Below are positions 29,036 to 43,499 of a stretch of DNA of 64,000 nt, piece after piece. A program made the translations under genes and the position numbers. The notes beneath the pieces are model-generated. The model made no database searches, was not told the DNA's origin, and was given only the letters and a program-made list of their open reading frames with translations. Positions within the stretch are counted from its first letter, which is position 1. Each line of letters opens with the position of its first letter. The stretch is from Octopus sinensis (Eukaryota): contig NC_043001.1 of assembly GCF_006345805.1 (NCBI RefSeq), forward strand, positions 70,308,001 through 70,372,000. The letters are read 5' to 3'.

Positions 29036-31575
29036 GTGTGTGTGTGTGTGTGTGTGTCTGTGTGTGTCTGTGTGTGTGTCCGTGTGTGTGCGTGTGTGTG
29101 TGTGCATGTGTGTATATGTGTGTGTATTTGGTACTAGTCCTAACATTTGTTTGCTCTGTTCTTTTGAAGTAGTTTGTGTCGTGTTTTTGCTCAACTTGCA
29201 GCTATTTAAAATGGTAATAACCTTTTTCTCGACTTCATTTTATAGTAGTTATTCCTAACATCGAAAAAATTACGAACGTTAATAGCTGTATTTCTAGGTA
29301 ATACAAAGTCTACAATGTATAATATATAATATTCAATATACAATATATTGCTATGGATACGTTTTCGTGGCGTCGGTTATAGTAAAGAGTAAATATGTTT
29401 TCAGTATATTCACTGTAGGACTATGAAATAAAAGAGAGATAAAAGAATGTGACAAGGAAAGATGGAAAAATGTAATATTAATGCGTGGAACAATGTTTGT
29501 TTACTAGTGTATGCTTTTGAAACACACTAAACAAAGCTTACATGTGAATGGTTATTTTAGTTGTGTACTACGTTCTGTTCAAATAAACAAGTGATAATTT
29601 CCAACAATACTTTGATATCTGACTGACACATTAATGATATTTGAGAACTATCTTTGATAATGAATATTCCCTTCTGTTCCTGAACCAAGTTGTAATTCTA
29701 ACAAACTGCCTCATATATATTTGAATATTTTGAAATAAATTACAACCCCATGATATTTATATCTCAAGATAGGTTTTCTAGTAACGTGATCTAAAACAAA
29801 CCAAAGATGGAGCCTCAGCATGCAAGAACTAGCGACCAAGTTTTCGTCAAATTATATATGCATCATTAGAAAAGGAAATGTACACACTGGATAGTGTAAT
29901 CTTGAATCTAGTAATATTATAGACTAGCCATGGCTGGTCCGGATGCCATGGGTACCGATTAGAGTTGACTTAGACTTAGCAAGAACTAAAACAAAATATT
30001 GCAAGGTGAATACTCGTCCAGTGCCTGCAAAGAACCGTCGAGATGCTTTATTTAAAGTGATATATGATTAAATGCTTACGAGCTTCTCACCCAAATATGA
30101 AATCCCATCTTCCAACCTACACTTCAGCAATGTGGATAGATAGGTCTAAAACTACCATTGCTGCAAACATTCCGTCAGCTATGACCCTAAACTTCTGAGA
30201 TTGAATGACATGTAGAGTGCACATGCCATTATACATACAAGCTACATACACCAGTATACATGTTGGGTACAAACACGCCATTATATATAAAGTGACAATT
30301 GTCAGGAAGTGTTCTTAATCTCTCTATTCTTTGATTTTACCAAAGCTTTGTCAATAATCTTTAGCTAAGAGTCCTGAAGTATAACATATTCAATATATCA
30401 ATGTATTGTTTGAATACATCGTTTGCCATTTCTATAGTAACGTGCAGCATCCACTGAAATACAAGCATATATCAAATATATTGAATCACATTCTCTCCAC
30501 ATCCAAATGACTTCGCTTATAATAATAAAAAAATATTTTCAATTAGGTTCATTCCTTTTATGAATGGAATGAACGATGGCCTTACGCAATACGTCACACT
30601 AAATATTGTTGTATTTTCCTGGATGTAAACTGATATAATACCAATCATACACATTATTGATTATGTAGCATGATTACATCTGGCTCTAAAAGGCATTTTA
30701 TAGAGTCTATTAGCATTCAGTATGCAGCACTGTTTTTTCTCTTAATGTTTGTAATTTAGAGATGCATGTGCTGTATACTTCGTTCAAGGCAATATATAGA
30801 CATTTACATAAACCCTATCGGTTTGGTGTAGGATGATCACAGAGAAGGTGTTACCGAAGGGAGAAAAGCTGGAATTAATAGCTGAAGTTGCTAGGCTTTG
30901 ACTGGCGTATGAACATCTACATTTGGCAACGAAGTAACGCTAATGTCCCATTAAACGTGCATCCATAATAATTACGGAGAGTATATCAACGGGGACAGAT
31001 GCGAATCAGTGACAACTATAGTGTCAATTACATTTGGCCTTAAAATATTCAGATGTTTCCTGCTTTGGTAAGGAAATGAATCAGTCCATTCTTAGTTCAC
31101 AACGCCACAAATCAAGGTAAATACAGCTCCATCTATAAAGGGAATATATTATAACATCTGAAGTTATTAGAGGCATAAACAATATAAGCTAAAAGGTTTA
31201 GTTGCATTTTTTAAAGCAATAAGTTCAATCAAGTGAGAGAATACGAAGTGAAATACGGTTTCAGATTATAATAGTATGATATTGTAGCAAGAATGTAGCA
31301 TAAATCTTGCGCCGAAAACGTCGTTCTGTCTGCAGAAACATTTTCAAATTTCAGTTGAAACAAATCTCTCTCCTTTCGTTCCACCAATAGTAGTGGATTA
31401 TATCTAATACAAGTCATTTATTGCTGTAACCATATTCACATTAACCCCTGGCCCTGAGCCAACATCTAGGAAATATGGCAGATCTTGAAGTAGATAATGT
31501 TAAGTCAATTAATGCGCGTTGCGTCAGTCAAAATATGTCTCTAGTATGGTGGGTTGCTTTCCCTACTATATATAT

Positions 31576-31623
<48 letters not shown>

Positions 31624-32393
31624 ACTAAGTGTAGGGAAAGCATATATATATATGATTATAAGGAAAAATATTTCCTCCAATGGATAGACTTCACTTTGAA
31701 GTGCTCAGGATATTAAATCTGAGGTGTTAGAATAATGAAGAAGTAGGAAACAAAGTTAGGCAAATCAAGTTCACTCAGACATTTATATTTATTCTGCCAT
31801 GGATCCAACATGCACGAATTTCTCTGAAAGTATATTTCATAGATCAGACATAAAAAATACATAGATATGTAAAAATATATAGAGTAATCAATACATTAAA
31901 AATATAGATATCAAAATATATAGATGCATGGATATATACACTAAAAATATATTGAGATAATAAGTACATATATAGGTTGACTTATAAAACGAAGTCATAA
32001 AATGAGTTAAGAGTCTATAAGATAAAAAGTTTGGGTATTACTAATCCAGTAAATAATCCTACAGCCGTTTCTGGAGTTCGGTTGTCCTGTCATACGAAAG
32101 ACATTTACATCCATTAGGGAAAATAAGTACTGTTTTTTCAAATGGGAATTACCTACTGACTGTTTTTATAGTGTATTTATGAAAAGACGTGGGAGTGGAA
32201 GTGGTTTTGAGTGGTTGGAGGGGGAGATACAATTCATGTTATGATAATGGTTCTCTAGGTAGAGGAGGGGAGTGTTGCATTATTTTACAGAAAATGTTTC
32301 AATCGCTTTGTTCGACTAAAGGCGGTACTCCAGCAAGGCTGCACTCAAATGACTGAAACAAGTAAAAGAATAAAAGAATAAAAAAATATATAA

Positions 32394-32471
<78 letters not shown>

Positions 32472-32659
32472 TTTGCATGTGTAGTTACAAATATTATAAC
32501 CCATTTGATCTTGTTCAGAAACATGGTTAGACACATCACTGAATGACGTTCAGTTCAAGGCCTGACTGTTTCAAAGTGCACTGAATTAATTAAACTGGTG
32601 TAATTCGTAAGACGATTGTCAGCCATATATTAGTAAAATGAAGACTGTGAGGAATATTC

Positions 32660-33228
32660 TTTTCTACTCTTGGCAAAAGGACGGAAATTTGCGGGACGGA
32701 GGCAATTGATTACGTCGACGCCAAAGACGCAACTTGTAATTAACTTATCGACTCCAAAAAAATGAATAGCAAAGTCGACCTCGTTGAAATTTGAACTCAG
32801 AGCATAAAGACAGACGAAATACCTATTTCTTTACTACCCACAAGGGGCTAAACACAGAGAGGACAAACAAGGACAGACAAACGGATTAAGTTGATTACAC
32901 CGATCCCAGTGCGTAACTGGTACTTATTTAATCGACCCCGAAAGGATGAAAGGCAAAGTCGACCTCGGCGGAATTTGAACTCAGAACGTAACGGTAGACG
33001 AAATACCTATTTCTTTACTACCCACAAGGGGCTAAACACAGAAGGGATAAACAAGGACAGATAAACGGAGTAAGTCGATTATATCGACCACAGTGCGTAA
33101 CTGGTACTTCTTTAATCGATCCCAAAAGGATGAAAGGTAAAGTCGACCTCGGCGGAATTTGAATTCAGAAGGTAGCGGCAGACGAATTACCGCCAAGCAT
33201 TTCGCCCGGCGTGTTAATGTTTCTGCCT
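32660..33228 (-). mobile_element. Head-to-tail trimer of cephalopod SINE; two units carry the Tx1-like tail
   Basis: Three gtcgacctcg..gaaatttgaactcag units; identical junctions gacgaaatacc|tatttctttactacccacaagg at 32823/4 and 33007/8. Confidence 0.9.
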
Positions 33229-33830
33229 TAGTATGTGAGGAATATTATGATACTCTAGTCACTTGTAGATAAATTGTCTACATTGGTATTTTACGCTCAA
33301 TCAAACCTTCTTGTAGCTAATTACTCACAAAATTCCCCAGAGGCTAATTAAAAGAGGCACAAAAATCTATTGAGTGAAACGATTCATGAAAGCCAGAATA
33401 AAGGTCTTGAAATTTTCAGATTACTCTCAAAATGGAACGAACAGACCACTCCACCTCTGCTCGGAATGGGAAATATCTTACACTCGGTCTCAACAGCGTT
33501 GTATGTTCTCCCACATAATCTGATGTATACAGAAATATGTTGTTTGGTGCGTAAAAAATACTTATATCACGACACAATAGATAGCATATATGCTCGAGGA
33601 TAGAGTCAGTGGAGACGTTTTGTAACGTAACGATAACAAAGAAATCAAATCAAAAATAATTCGTAAAAAAAAATGTTTAAGAAAGATAATATACAAGTAG
33701 CGAGGATGGAAGTTCAATTTAATATGGACAGTGAGCGGTCATATAGTGAGGAATTTATTAAAATTCAATTTTAGAACCACAGTATGATTCTATATTGATA
33801 TACCCAGACACACACACATACTCAAATATA

Positions 33831-33872
<42 letters not shown>

Positions 33873-34053
33873 AAAGGGCTTAGTAAAATAATTTACTTTG
33901 CCACATACTGAACTCAGTATGTGGCAAAGTAATTTATTTTACTAAGCCCTTTTATATAATGTAATAATTTGAATTCGCCTTAAATGGTCCCTTTGCATAC
34001 TGAACACTTGGTGAAATTGATTAATAATTAATTAATTTTACCCTCAATTGTTG

Positions 34054-34155
<102 letters not shown>

Positions 34156-34168
34156 TGTGTGTATATAG

Positions 34169-34201
<33 letters not shown>

Positions 34202-34489
34202 ATATTTATATATATGTGTATATATATATATATAATATATATATATATATTATATATATATATATAATATATATATTTATATATATATATATATACATAT
34301 ATGCATACATACATAGAAACATACACACATACACATCAATCAACCGTCTATTCTCCAGATCAATATTTAATTATATTGGCTTCTGGCAATCATGCTGGCA
34401 TATAATTGAGAAGCAATTTTTTTTTGTATTTTATTTTCATATAATATTCTTTTTAAATGTATAAAGAACATTCAATTTTCTAAATTTTT

Positions 34490-34647
34490 ATTATTATTAT
34501 TATTGTTGTTATCGTCGCCGTCGTCGTCGTTGTTGTTGTTCTCCTTCTTCTTCTTCTTCTTCTTCTTCTTCTTCTTCTTCTTCTTCTTCTTTCTTCTTCT
34601 TCTTCATCTTCTTCTTCTACTACTACTACTACTAATGCTTCTTCTTA

Positions 34648-34706
<59 letters not shown>
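34490..34706. repeat. Compound microsatellite TTG/TCG/TTC/CTA/TTA
   Basis: Direct reading. Confidence 0.95.
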
Positions 34707-34708
<2 letters not shown>

Positions 34709-37197
34709 GACCAGAACTTCTTTTTAGGTCTTTTATCTTTATTATGGATACTCCAACTGTATTCCTTCTCTACTTACAGACTATTCAATTAAAGCAGAAG
34801 AATCTAATGTCCTGTTAGACATAGTGAAGGAAGGCACTGCAGAGAATCGTGACTTTACAGACAAAATTTTCGACCTTCACTACGAATTCCATATTCAATT
34901 ACTATGATGATCTTTTTCAAGATGTCTCTTTATGATATATAGGATATTTTTTTCTCTCCCTCACATTAAAGTAGCCATCTTGTAATTGAAACTGAACCAT
35001 GCAAGTATGTTTTTATATCTATCTCGCTCAGTGCAAGTAAGTATATATATATATGTGTGTGTGTGTGTTTGTGTGTATGTTTGTGTGTGTGTGGTGTGTG
35101 TGTGTGTGTGTGTGAGTGTGCGTGTGTGCGTGTATATGTATACGTACATATATATATATATATATATAATATATATATATAATATATATATATATATACA
35201 GAGAGAATGTGAGAGAAAAAGAGAATAATATTGTGCGTGCCTGTGTTATTGTGCACTTATTGTTTATTTAAACTGATACGTGCGAAAATGCATGGATTTC
35301 AATTTCTATGGAGAGAAATTACTCTATTCAGTCCTAATGCATAAAGATACATACTTGAATATATTTATGAAGGTTAAAGACATTCCCGTAGACATATCCA
35401 GAATGTTGCAATTATTATTGAACGAAATATATAATTTATACTTTTGTGTTATCTATCCAACTTTGTCATCTGGTTTCTATCTAAACGCATATGCAACCTT
35501 TCAACTTGCGAAACGTTCTCTCAAAGCCACTTGTAATATATATCTTCCACTTAAGTTGAAATTAAATATTTATTCGATGTTTTCTTTTTGAAACCAATGT
35601 ATACTCGTTTTCAAACCTTTTTCCTCCTCACCCACTACTATCTATAAATGAAACTCAAACTAAATTTTACCAGCATCCTGTGGTGATTCTCAGATCGGAG
35701 GTTCAGGAATCTGGCCGAAGATGGTAGTTTCCTGTCAAAGGTATAGCAGAAAATCGCTTTGTCGCTAAGGCATTAACTGAAGGTTATGCCAACATTATGA
35801 TATGTAAAAAGATGAAAGATGATATAGATTAAAGACAGGAAATGTTGCAAAGTATACCAAAGCGACCACAATTTCTGTTACTATTCGGTGTACGCACACA
35901 AATCATTGCTAATCATTTTCATATAACTTCCTAAGACCGGCGTGAACCGCAGTGCCTCCTAAGTGAATAAGTTTGGAAATAGAGATATTTGCTAATATGA
36001 GACAGGAAATAACCAAAATTTGAAGAATTAAATGAGATACAGTCTTCTAGATCCTTCGGTAACGATTTTTAAATGAGTCATTCAACGAAATAAATAACCA
36101 ATACATATACCATATAACTAACGGTTACAATAATGTGCTCGGGAATATATCGAAAGCACAAAATAGAAAGAAAGTGATTTTAACATAAGCAATTGTTCAA
36201 AACCTGCGGGGTAGGAGATATTCGATATAATGCACGGAGCTATATTTTATAGATATTCGTAAGTTTTCGTAAGTTACTAGAGGAAAACAATTACCATTTT
36301 TCTCATATACTTTGAGGCATTTTGAATATCAGTAGAACATGCGTTTGTTTCTCATTCTATTAGTTTCCTTTTTCATTCAAACTATTTCTTTCAGTTTGAC
36401 AGTTTACGAGGGACTTTCTTTTCAGAGAACAATTCTACTGATTTTGAAGGAATTTCAGTTCTAAAAATGGAATAATATATTTAAAATATACTTCATATTG
36501 ACTAATATACTATATGCATTGTGTATTTTGCATAAAGAACAAATTGATTTATACAGTATAGATGATGAATAATGTATAATATATATAATTGAATGATATA
36601 TCATATTCATCCCCCTCCTTAATTCCTTGTTCCTCTTTTTCTCTCTCTTCTCCCCTCATTAATTCCTTTGTTTCTCTTTTTCTCTCTCTTCTCCCTCTCC
36701 TTAATTCCTTTGCTCCTTTTTTTCTCTCTCTTCTCTTCTCACGTGACCGCTGCGCAACTACTAGACCTTTTGCGTCGGACCACGGGCACGATAACATCGC
36801 ACTTCTTGTCTGCCGTAAGGCTTAATTCTCAATACGCCAGCTGAATTCAATTCGTCTACAGTCGAAAGACGCCAGTTATTATGTCTTCTTATCATTATTA
36901 TTATTGTGTCTTTTGTATTTATATTCGTATTATTTTTTGCTTTTGTTTTTGTATTTATATTCGTGTAACATCGTCCGTTTTTCTGTCCTTGTTTTGTATA
37001 CATTCGATCCTTTTTCCAAGGAATCTAATGGTCTTAGCTTAGTTCTTCCTTGGGCCTGGCCACATTGGAACAATCTCAAGATTAATCAGCCGAAATTGCG
37101 AGGATGAGCTGGTTCTTGACTGAAGATTAAAGGCTTCGAATGACCTGTCGGTTTTTTTATAGTCTATTTCGATGTTTTGCGTACTTGTCCCATCTTG

Positions 37198-37272
<75 letters not shown>

Positions 37273-37329
37273 TGTGTGTGTGTGTGTATGTGTATGTGTG
37301 TGTAAATGAAAGCAAGCAATTTTTTTATC

Positions 37330-37650
37330 ATTATTAGAAGCGTCGAAATATGTATTGTACGATACAAATAATAAGATAATATTTTTCGAACGCAGAGTTG
37401 CGGTTAAAAACAGCAGAAATACTGGGTAACTTACCCTTACAAATGCGGAAAAATCTGTCAACAAGCAGCCATAGGTCTGGAAACTATATTCCCATATCTT
37501 TCAAAGACTCCTGCTGAACGCTTTACTATTAAGTTAAACTTCTCGCCGAATTGCATGCTATATAGAACAACCTTTCTAGAACAACTGCGTATTTCTGCTG
37601 TTCTAACGGCAATTCTACGTTCGAAAAATACCATCTTATTTCTATCACAT
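37330..37650. repeat. Inverted repeat (~65-bp arms, ~155-bp spacer), MITE or PLE-type
   Basis: tttttcgaacgcagagttgcggttaaaaacagcagaaatac vs gtatttctgctgttctaacggcaattctacgttcgaaaaa. Confidence 0.7.
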
Positions 37651-37654
37651 ATCT

Positions 37655-37727
<73 letters not shown>

Positions 37728-38084
37728 CATACATGTGTGTGTATGATTGGGTGGGTGAGTGTGTGTATGTTGGGGGGGGAGGTAAATAAGGTAATTTCCG
37801 CAGGGGAAGAGTAGATCATTCCTTGCTGCCGCACTGAAACAAAGAGTACAGGCTAAGGGGCGAAACGCTTGTAACATTCAAATACCTGCTGATGATTTGG
37901 AAATATTTTTCACATTGCAATGGATTTGGAAGAAATGCAGGCAAAACTTCTAAGTATCTCTTGCAGTTTCCACATAGGGCAAAGGATCTTTGATGCTTCT
38001 CTCACTTAAATATCTTGAATGCTATAGAATATATATATGGCATAATTGACTAAATCCATAAACATAATTTGAATTATATGAAGT

Positions 38085-38185
38085 GAAAATATGAAGAAGG
38101 AAGAGGAAGAGAGCGAGGAGGGGGAGGACCACGACGACGACAATGAAGAAGAAGAAGAAGAGGAAGAAGAAGAAGTGAAGACGAA

Positions 38186-38227
<42 letters not shown>

Positions 38228-38520
38228 GAAGGTGAAGAAGAAGATAAAGAAGAAGAAGAACAAGAAGAACAAGAACAAGAAGAAGAAGAACAAGAAGAAG
38301 AAGAAGAAAACTGTTAAGGTTGAAGGAGATTGGAATAGAATTTATCGTAGACCTTCAACAGGAAGTTTAATACTTAGGAACAGGAAAGATTATCAGAAAT
38401 GTTGTAAGTAGTTGAAAGGCTATTGAAAGCTAGTGGATACCTAAGGTTACAGGTAGTAACCAGCAACACACATAAATCCTGCCAGGAATAAGACCGAACC
38501 TGAGCCAAATCAATAATAAT
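38085..38520 (+). mobile_element. GAA/GAT compound microsatellite followed by an R4/Dong 3' end and TAA tail
   Basis: 38311-38410 translates to LKEIGIEFIVDLQQEV*YLGTGKIIRNV, homologous to LQKTALLGTARILRKV; tail aataataataataatgatg. Confidence 0.7.
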
Positions 38521-38529
38521 AATAATGAT

Positions 38530-38755
38530 GTCGATAATGATGATTTCAAAGTTTGGCACAAGGCCAGTAAGATCTTGGGAGAAGTAAGTCGTTTGCATCG
38601 ACCCCAGTGTGCAAGTGGTACTTATTTAATCCACACCGAAAGGATAAAAGACAACGTAGTCCTCGTCGGAGTTTGAAACACAGACTGTAAAGATGGACGG
38701 AATACCGCTAAACTTCTCGCCCGGCGTACCAACAATTCTGCCAGGTCACTGCCTT
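38530..38755 (-). mobile_element. tRNA-derived cephalopod SINE (standard tail)
   Basis: Minus head aaggcagtgacctggcagaattgttggtacgccgggcg; same body as 24263. Confidence 0.85.
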
Positions 38756-39029
38756 TAAAATAACCTATAGCATTCTATCCATCGTTGTTATTACTCAGCT
38801 CGAATGTAAATCAATATTGCTTGATATAACCACCCACCTCAACTACTAAAAAAGTGAAAAAATTGCAAAAGACACTCAAACCTAGAGTTTTTGATGCTTA
38901 GGGTGAGCAATAAATACCGTAAGGCTACTTCAGTTATTTCTCCTTGGTACATTTTATTGTTTAATTATACAGGTCTATAAGTTATTTTCTAGCAAGTCCC
39001 TTCCATTTATAACAGAGTGGTTATCATTT

Positions 39030-39500
39030 GGAAAAACAATAACATCTTACCAGAGAAGTATAAAAAAATGCCAGTTGGGGCTGCTTTGGCTGTAAATAGT
39101 GGTTCCAAGTGAATTGAGCAATTATCAAAGACAGCAAAATCACAAAGATGACAAACAAAATCTATAACATAGCATGCATTGATTACCGAAAATCATTTGA
39201 CAACATGGAGCACTATTGGATATTGGAGATCTCCATACAATTAAAGTTTCTTCAATTATACATGCATTGCACCAGCTTTATCCCTTCAATCACACCACCT
39301 TAAGACAAAGAGATAATTGAAGCAAGTAGTATATCCATAAGAAAATTGATGTTTCATGGAGACTCAGTTCTGTTCCTTAACTCCTTCTCCTCCCAAGTTT
39401 GACACCTTCAATATATTTGATGAATACGACTACAATTAGTTATAAATGATACACGAAACTTATAAACCATCTCTCTTATTTCGATAACTTAAAGCTACCT
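39030..39500 (+). mobile_element. Highly degenerate R2/R4-type RT remnant
   Basis: CIDYRKSFDNMEHYWIL matches the WIDYRKAFDSV.H.WIL motif. Confidence 0.55.
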
Positions 39501-39739
39501 GCAAGGATTTAATACTGACTCGGCTTTATCGTCTGACTGATTTTATGAACGCTCTTTAGTAGATTCTAGATCTACGAAAATTGTTCAAATACATACATAT
39601 GGGATCAAAATTTAACTCGACACTAGCAATAAGAAATTCAGATGTTCAGATGGCACCGTGGAGCACTGGGCTGAAGGATCAGCTAAAAGTTCAAAGTTTG
39701 ATTCGTTTCCGAACTTCAAGTTGAGTTCAACTTAGAAGA

Positions 39740-40250
39740 AAGTACTATGAGGTTGTCAGTCTTAATCACATATAGACATGCAGAAGCCATCATTGAAATA
39801 TCAGGTAGAAGTACCGAATACTTACGTTGCTTCTGTTGGCATTTATGGCCTGATTTGCGTGATCAGTCATACATAACCTCTAATCATGTAAATGTATCAG
39901 CTTTCCGGCTGTTTGTAGGAGGTACGTATTCCACTGTTCCAAAGCTCCTCCTACAGTCAGCATTCTTTGTATGGGGAGAAGGTCATACCCTCCTATTAAT
40001 GCACAGGCACAAGTTGAAGTTTGCTACCTGTAGAGATACTTGAACCGTGAGTAGATGCTAACATTGCTGGTAACACATATATTCCAATATAATTGTCTAC
40101 TTTACCGAAATGTAGTCCTGAGTGAAAAGAACACCAAGCCGGCGTGGTGGAGGCTGCAATCTGGTACATATTCAGGTGTTCATTGTGCAAGTTATACTCT
40201 AGCAAAAACAGAGATGTAGGTACAGCAACGAAATTTAGAGTTGATGTGGA
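39740..40250 (-). mobile_element. Possible Academ-type DNA transposase remnant
   Basis: PAWCSFHSGL..YIGIYVLPAMLAST resembles the PxWSGF..GYLPxI motif I associate with Academ-like transposases. Recognised from memory only. Confidence 0.3.
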
Positions 40251-40271
40251 GCGATGAAATTTTCCAATCTC

Positions 40272-40314
<43 letters not shown>

Positions 40315-40499
40315 TAGTTGACTGGTGAGCTAATCTAATATGTAAGCTGCGTAAGTGCTATAATTGGTCATCCGTCAGGTTCCAAGTTTATAGCTGTGGC
40401 TGGGGCTACGGATCCGTATTAGCCTTTCGTGTTAACAGCTATATATTATATTAGAGGTAAAAGGACAACAAATGCCAAGGTAGGTCGTGAATTGCAAGC

Positions 40500-40830
40500 C
40501 GTTTAGAATAATTTAATTCTGAATTTGAATTCTTACAGCTGTTTCTGGGATAAACCATGTGATAGGCTAGCCAATTCGTACCGTCATCACAGACAAGATG
40601 AGTATGTAACAAATTTCCCGACGGGGGAATTCACAGTCTATAACGAATAATATAGAAGAATAAAATAGAATACTCTTAATTTAACTACTACTTCCAGTTT
40701 TACTTTTCATTCTCCTTTCATTCCTCATAAACTGTGAATATCATTGTCTAGACATGCTAGCCTATCACTTGGAATATCCCAGAAACAGCTGTAAAACTTC
40801 AAATTCACCTTTCCCCAATTAAATTATTTT
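40500..40830. mobile_element. Inverted pLTR pair with degenerate hammerhead (GAAAC-AGCT-GTA)
   Basis: ttacagctgtttctgggata..gtgataggctagc (~40532-40571) is inverted at ~40756-40830. Minus copy: (G)TGATGA..CCCA-GAAAC-AGCT-GTA-AGA. Confidence 0.6.
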
Positions 40831-40929
40831 AAATGACTAGAGATACTCGTTTTCCCTTGGCTTTTGTTGTCCATTCCCCTCCAATACAATATAAGATATA
40901 TATATATAAACTTAGAGAAAACTTAGATA

Positions 40930-42508
40930 TGTTTCGACCAATGATTGGTCCAGGCCATGTCTAACTTAATAGCACCACCTGATAGGATTATTTGAATCCT
41001 GTTATGTCAAGTTTTGTTTATGGTCCATTCAAGTAGTGAGTTTTTGTTGAGTGAGTTGTATCCAATTATGGGTGGCTTATCTGGTATTCCTTGAAGGAAT
41101 CTATCCAGACTCCGTTTAAAGTTGATGGCATCCTGTTCCTCTTTGATCTCTTTCGGGACAATGTTAAATAGGGCAGGGCCTGTTGAGGAAAAGAAATTAT
41201 GTTGTAGTGTACATGTATGCTGTGATCTTGAATTGGGCAGGGGACGTATGGCCCGTGGTCCCAGTCTTGGATGAATCTTGAAGCTTATGTTCAGGTCGTT
41301 TGGGCAAAGTTGGCGGTATATTCTCCACATCGTACAAATGATGTACCGCTCACGGCGACGCTGGAGAGAGTAGAGTTTCAAGGCTTTAAGGCGATCCCAA
41401 TAATCGAGAGCAGCAATGCCTTCAGTTCGTTTAGTGAGTGCTCTCTGGGGTGATTCAATCCTCGAGATGTTTTGTCTTGTATGGGGAGACCACAGTGGGC
41501 AGCAGTATTCGAGGTGTGGCCGTACAAAGGAGGAGAAAAGTGGTATGATGACAGCATGTTCTCTGGACCGGAAAGTTCTTAAGATCCAAGAACTCATCCT
41601 ACGAGCTATATCGACCTTCTTGTTGATGTGTGCACTCCAACTGAGATTGTCATCAACAATTACACCTAGGTATCTGATGTTGTTAGAGGCTGTGAACGGT
41701 TCCCCTGAAGGAAGAGAGTATGGCTGTTTTAGTGAGGAATTTCTTCCAAAATGCATCAGCTCAAATTTTCCCTCGTTCAGTTGGATTTTGTTTCTGTCTG
41801 CCCATTGACTCACAGCATATAGATCAGACTAGAGTTGAGTTCGGTCTGCTTCTTCATTGACGATTTGATGGAGCTTGGTGTCATCAGCAAATATTTTCAC
41901 TTTGCAGTAATGTACGACATTCGAAAGGTCGTTTATGTAGATTATGAAGAGTAGCGGACCCAAGACAGTCCCCTGGGGGACGCCGCTGGTGACTTTTGCT
42001 GGGCTTAATTGGACTCCATCAACTACAACATATTGTGTGCTATTCGCCAGGAAATACTTGATCCAGTGTAGAACTTTTCCACGGATTCCAACATTTGCCA
42101 ATTTTGAGAGTAGGATATTATGGTCTACCCAGTCGAACGCTTTACTGAAGTCAAGATATATGACATCAGAGTTCGAACCTGTTCCCAAAGCTATGAGTAC
42201 ATCTTCAATGTGGTGTAAGAGCTGTGTTAGGCAGTCCCTGCCACAGCGAAAGCCATGCTATTTGCATTTAGGAGTTTGTGGATCTCCAGGAAGTCAGCTA
42301 TCCTTGATCTTAACACTCTTTCAAACACGTTGATGATGTGGGAGGTGAGTGAGATTGGGCGATAGTTGAGTGCTAGGGATCTGTTTCCCTGTTTGAAAAC
42401 CGGGATGACTGACTGGGATAGAAACTGTTTCGGTATATAACCTGCGTATAACGAATTTCTCCAGAGGTTGGTCAGAGGGACTGCAAGTTGGTGTCTACAT
42501 TCCTTGTA
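40930..42508 (-). mobile_element. CR1/L2-group LINE, 5'-truncated RT (one stop, one frameshift)
   Basis: NYRPISLTS; YLDFSKAFD; GVPQGTVLGPLLF; FADDTKL; YLGV; FVRPHLEYCCPLWSP; LYSLQRRRER. Confidence 0.95.
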
Positions 42509-42711
42509 GATATATTAATATATGAAGCCTGTTCATTTCATACTCATTCGTACTACGTATATGCATATAACTATACACTCACATACAAACACTCACACAT
42601 ATAATATATATACATGCATATATAGATACATACATAGAGACATATATATATATATATATATATCACCCTATCACTCTATCATTCCTTCCTCTGTCTCTCG
42701 CGCGCACGCTG

Positions 42712-42815
<104 letters not shown>

Positions 42816-43050
42816 TAAAAAAGAAGAATAAATACGGTTAGGCAGCTTTTTAATGATTACTACAAATGTTTCGATACATATAGATCTACGTATATATACA
42901 AGATTTAAATTAAAATTAAAATTAATTAAATTAGGTAACGATTTACCTGTATAATAAGATCCATACATAAAAATTTACCGGCTATTTGGGAATTCTAAGG
43001 GTAAACGAGTTCTGCTTGTACTTTAATACGTTCTTACCGGAACAAACCTC

Positions 43051-43098
<48 letters not shown>

Positions 43099-43499
43099 GT
43101 GTGAGTGTGTATCTATATATGTATGTATGTATGTAGTTAGTTAGTTAGGTAGGTAGGTAGCTAGCTACGTCTTCGTTAAAAATGTACTTATCTTTCAATA
43201 ATCAATTACGTAGATTCTTAACTGAAGCACCTGTTTCAAAATTGCTCAAAATTTGCAGAGTTGTTAAATACAGACTTCATTTCACTCTAATGAAATACAT
43301 CACCTACGTATGCACGTCTCGTGTGTATATATATATATATATTTCGACATACACACACACACACTTCTACTTGTTTCAGTCATTAGAATGTGAATGTGCT
43401 GGTACGCCACCTTGAAAGACTGTCAGTCGAATGAATCAAGCCCAGTAATTGTTTTTTGTTTGTTTTTTTTTTATTTTAAGCATCTTTACTCTTTTACTC

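Noticed and set aside
33420-33500. 81-nt exon candidate (tttcag|ITLKMERTDHSTSARNGKYLTLGLNSV|gtatgt)
   Set aside because: Isolated, open in all three frames, with no recognisable homolog. It needs RNA-seq junction evidence.
42947-42994. 48-nt minus-strand exon candidate (NSQIAGKFLCMDLIIQ), faintly beta-trefoil-like
   Set aside because: Too short to assign, with no supporting neighbouring exons.
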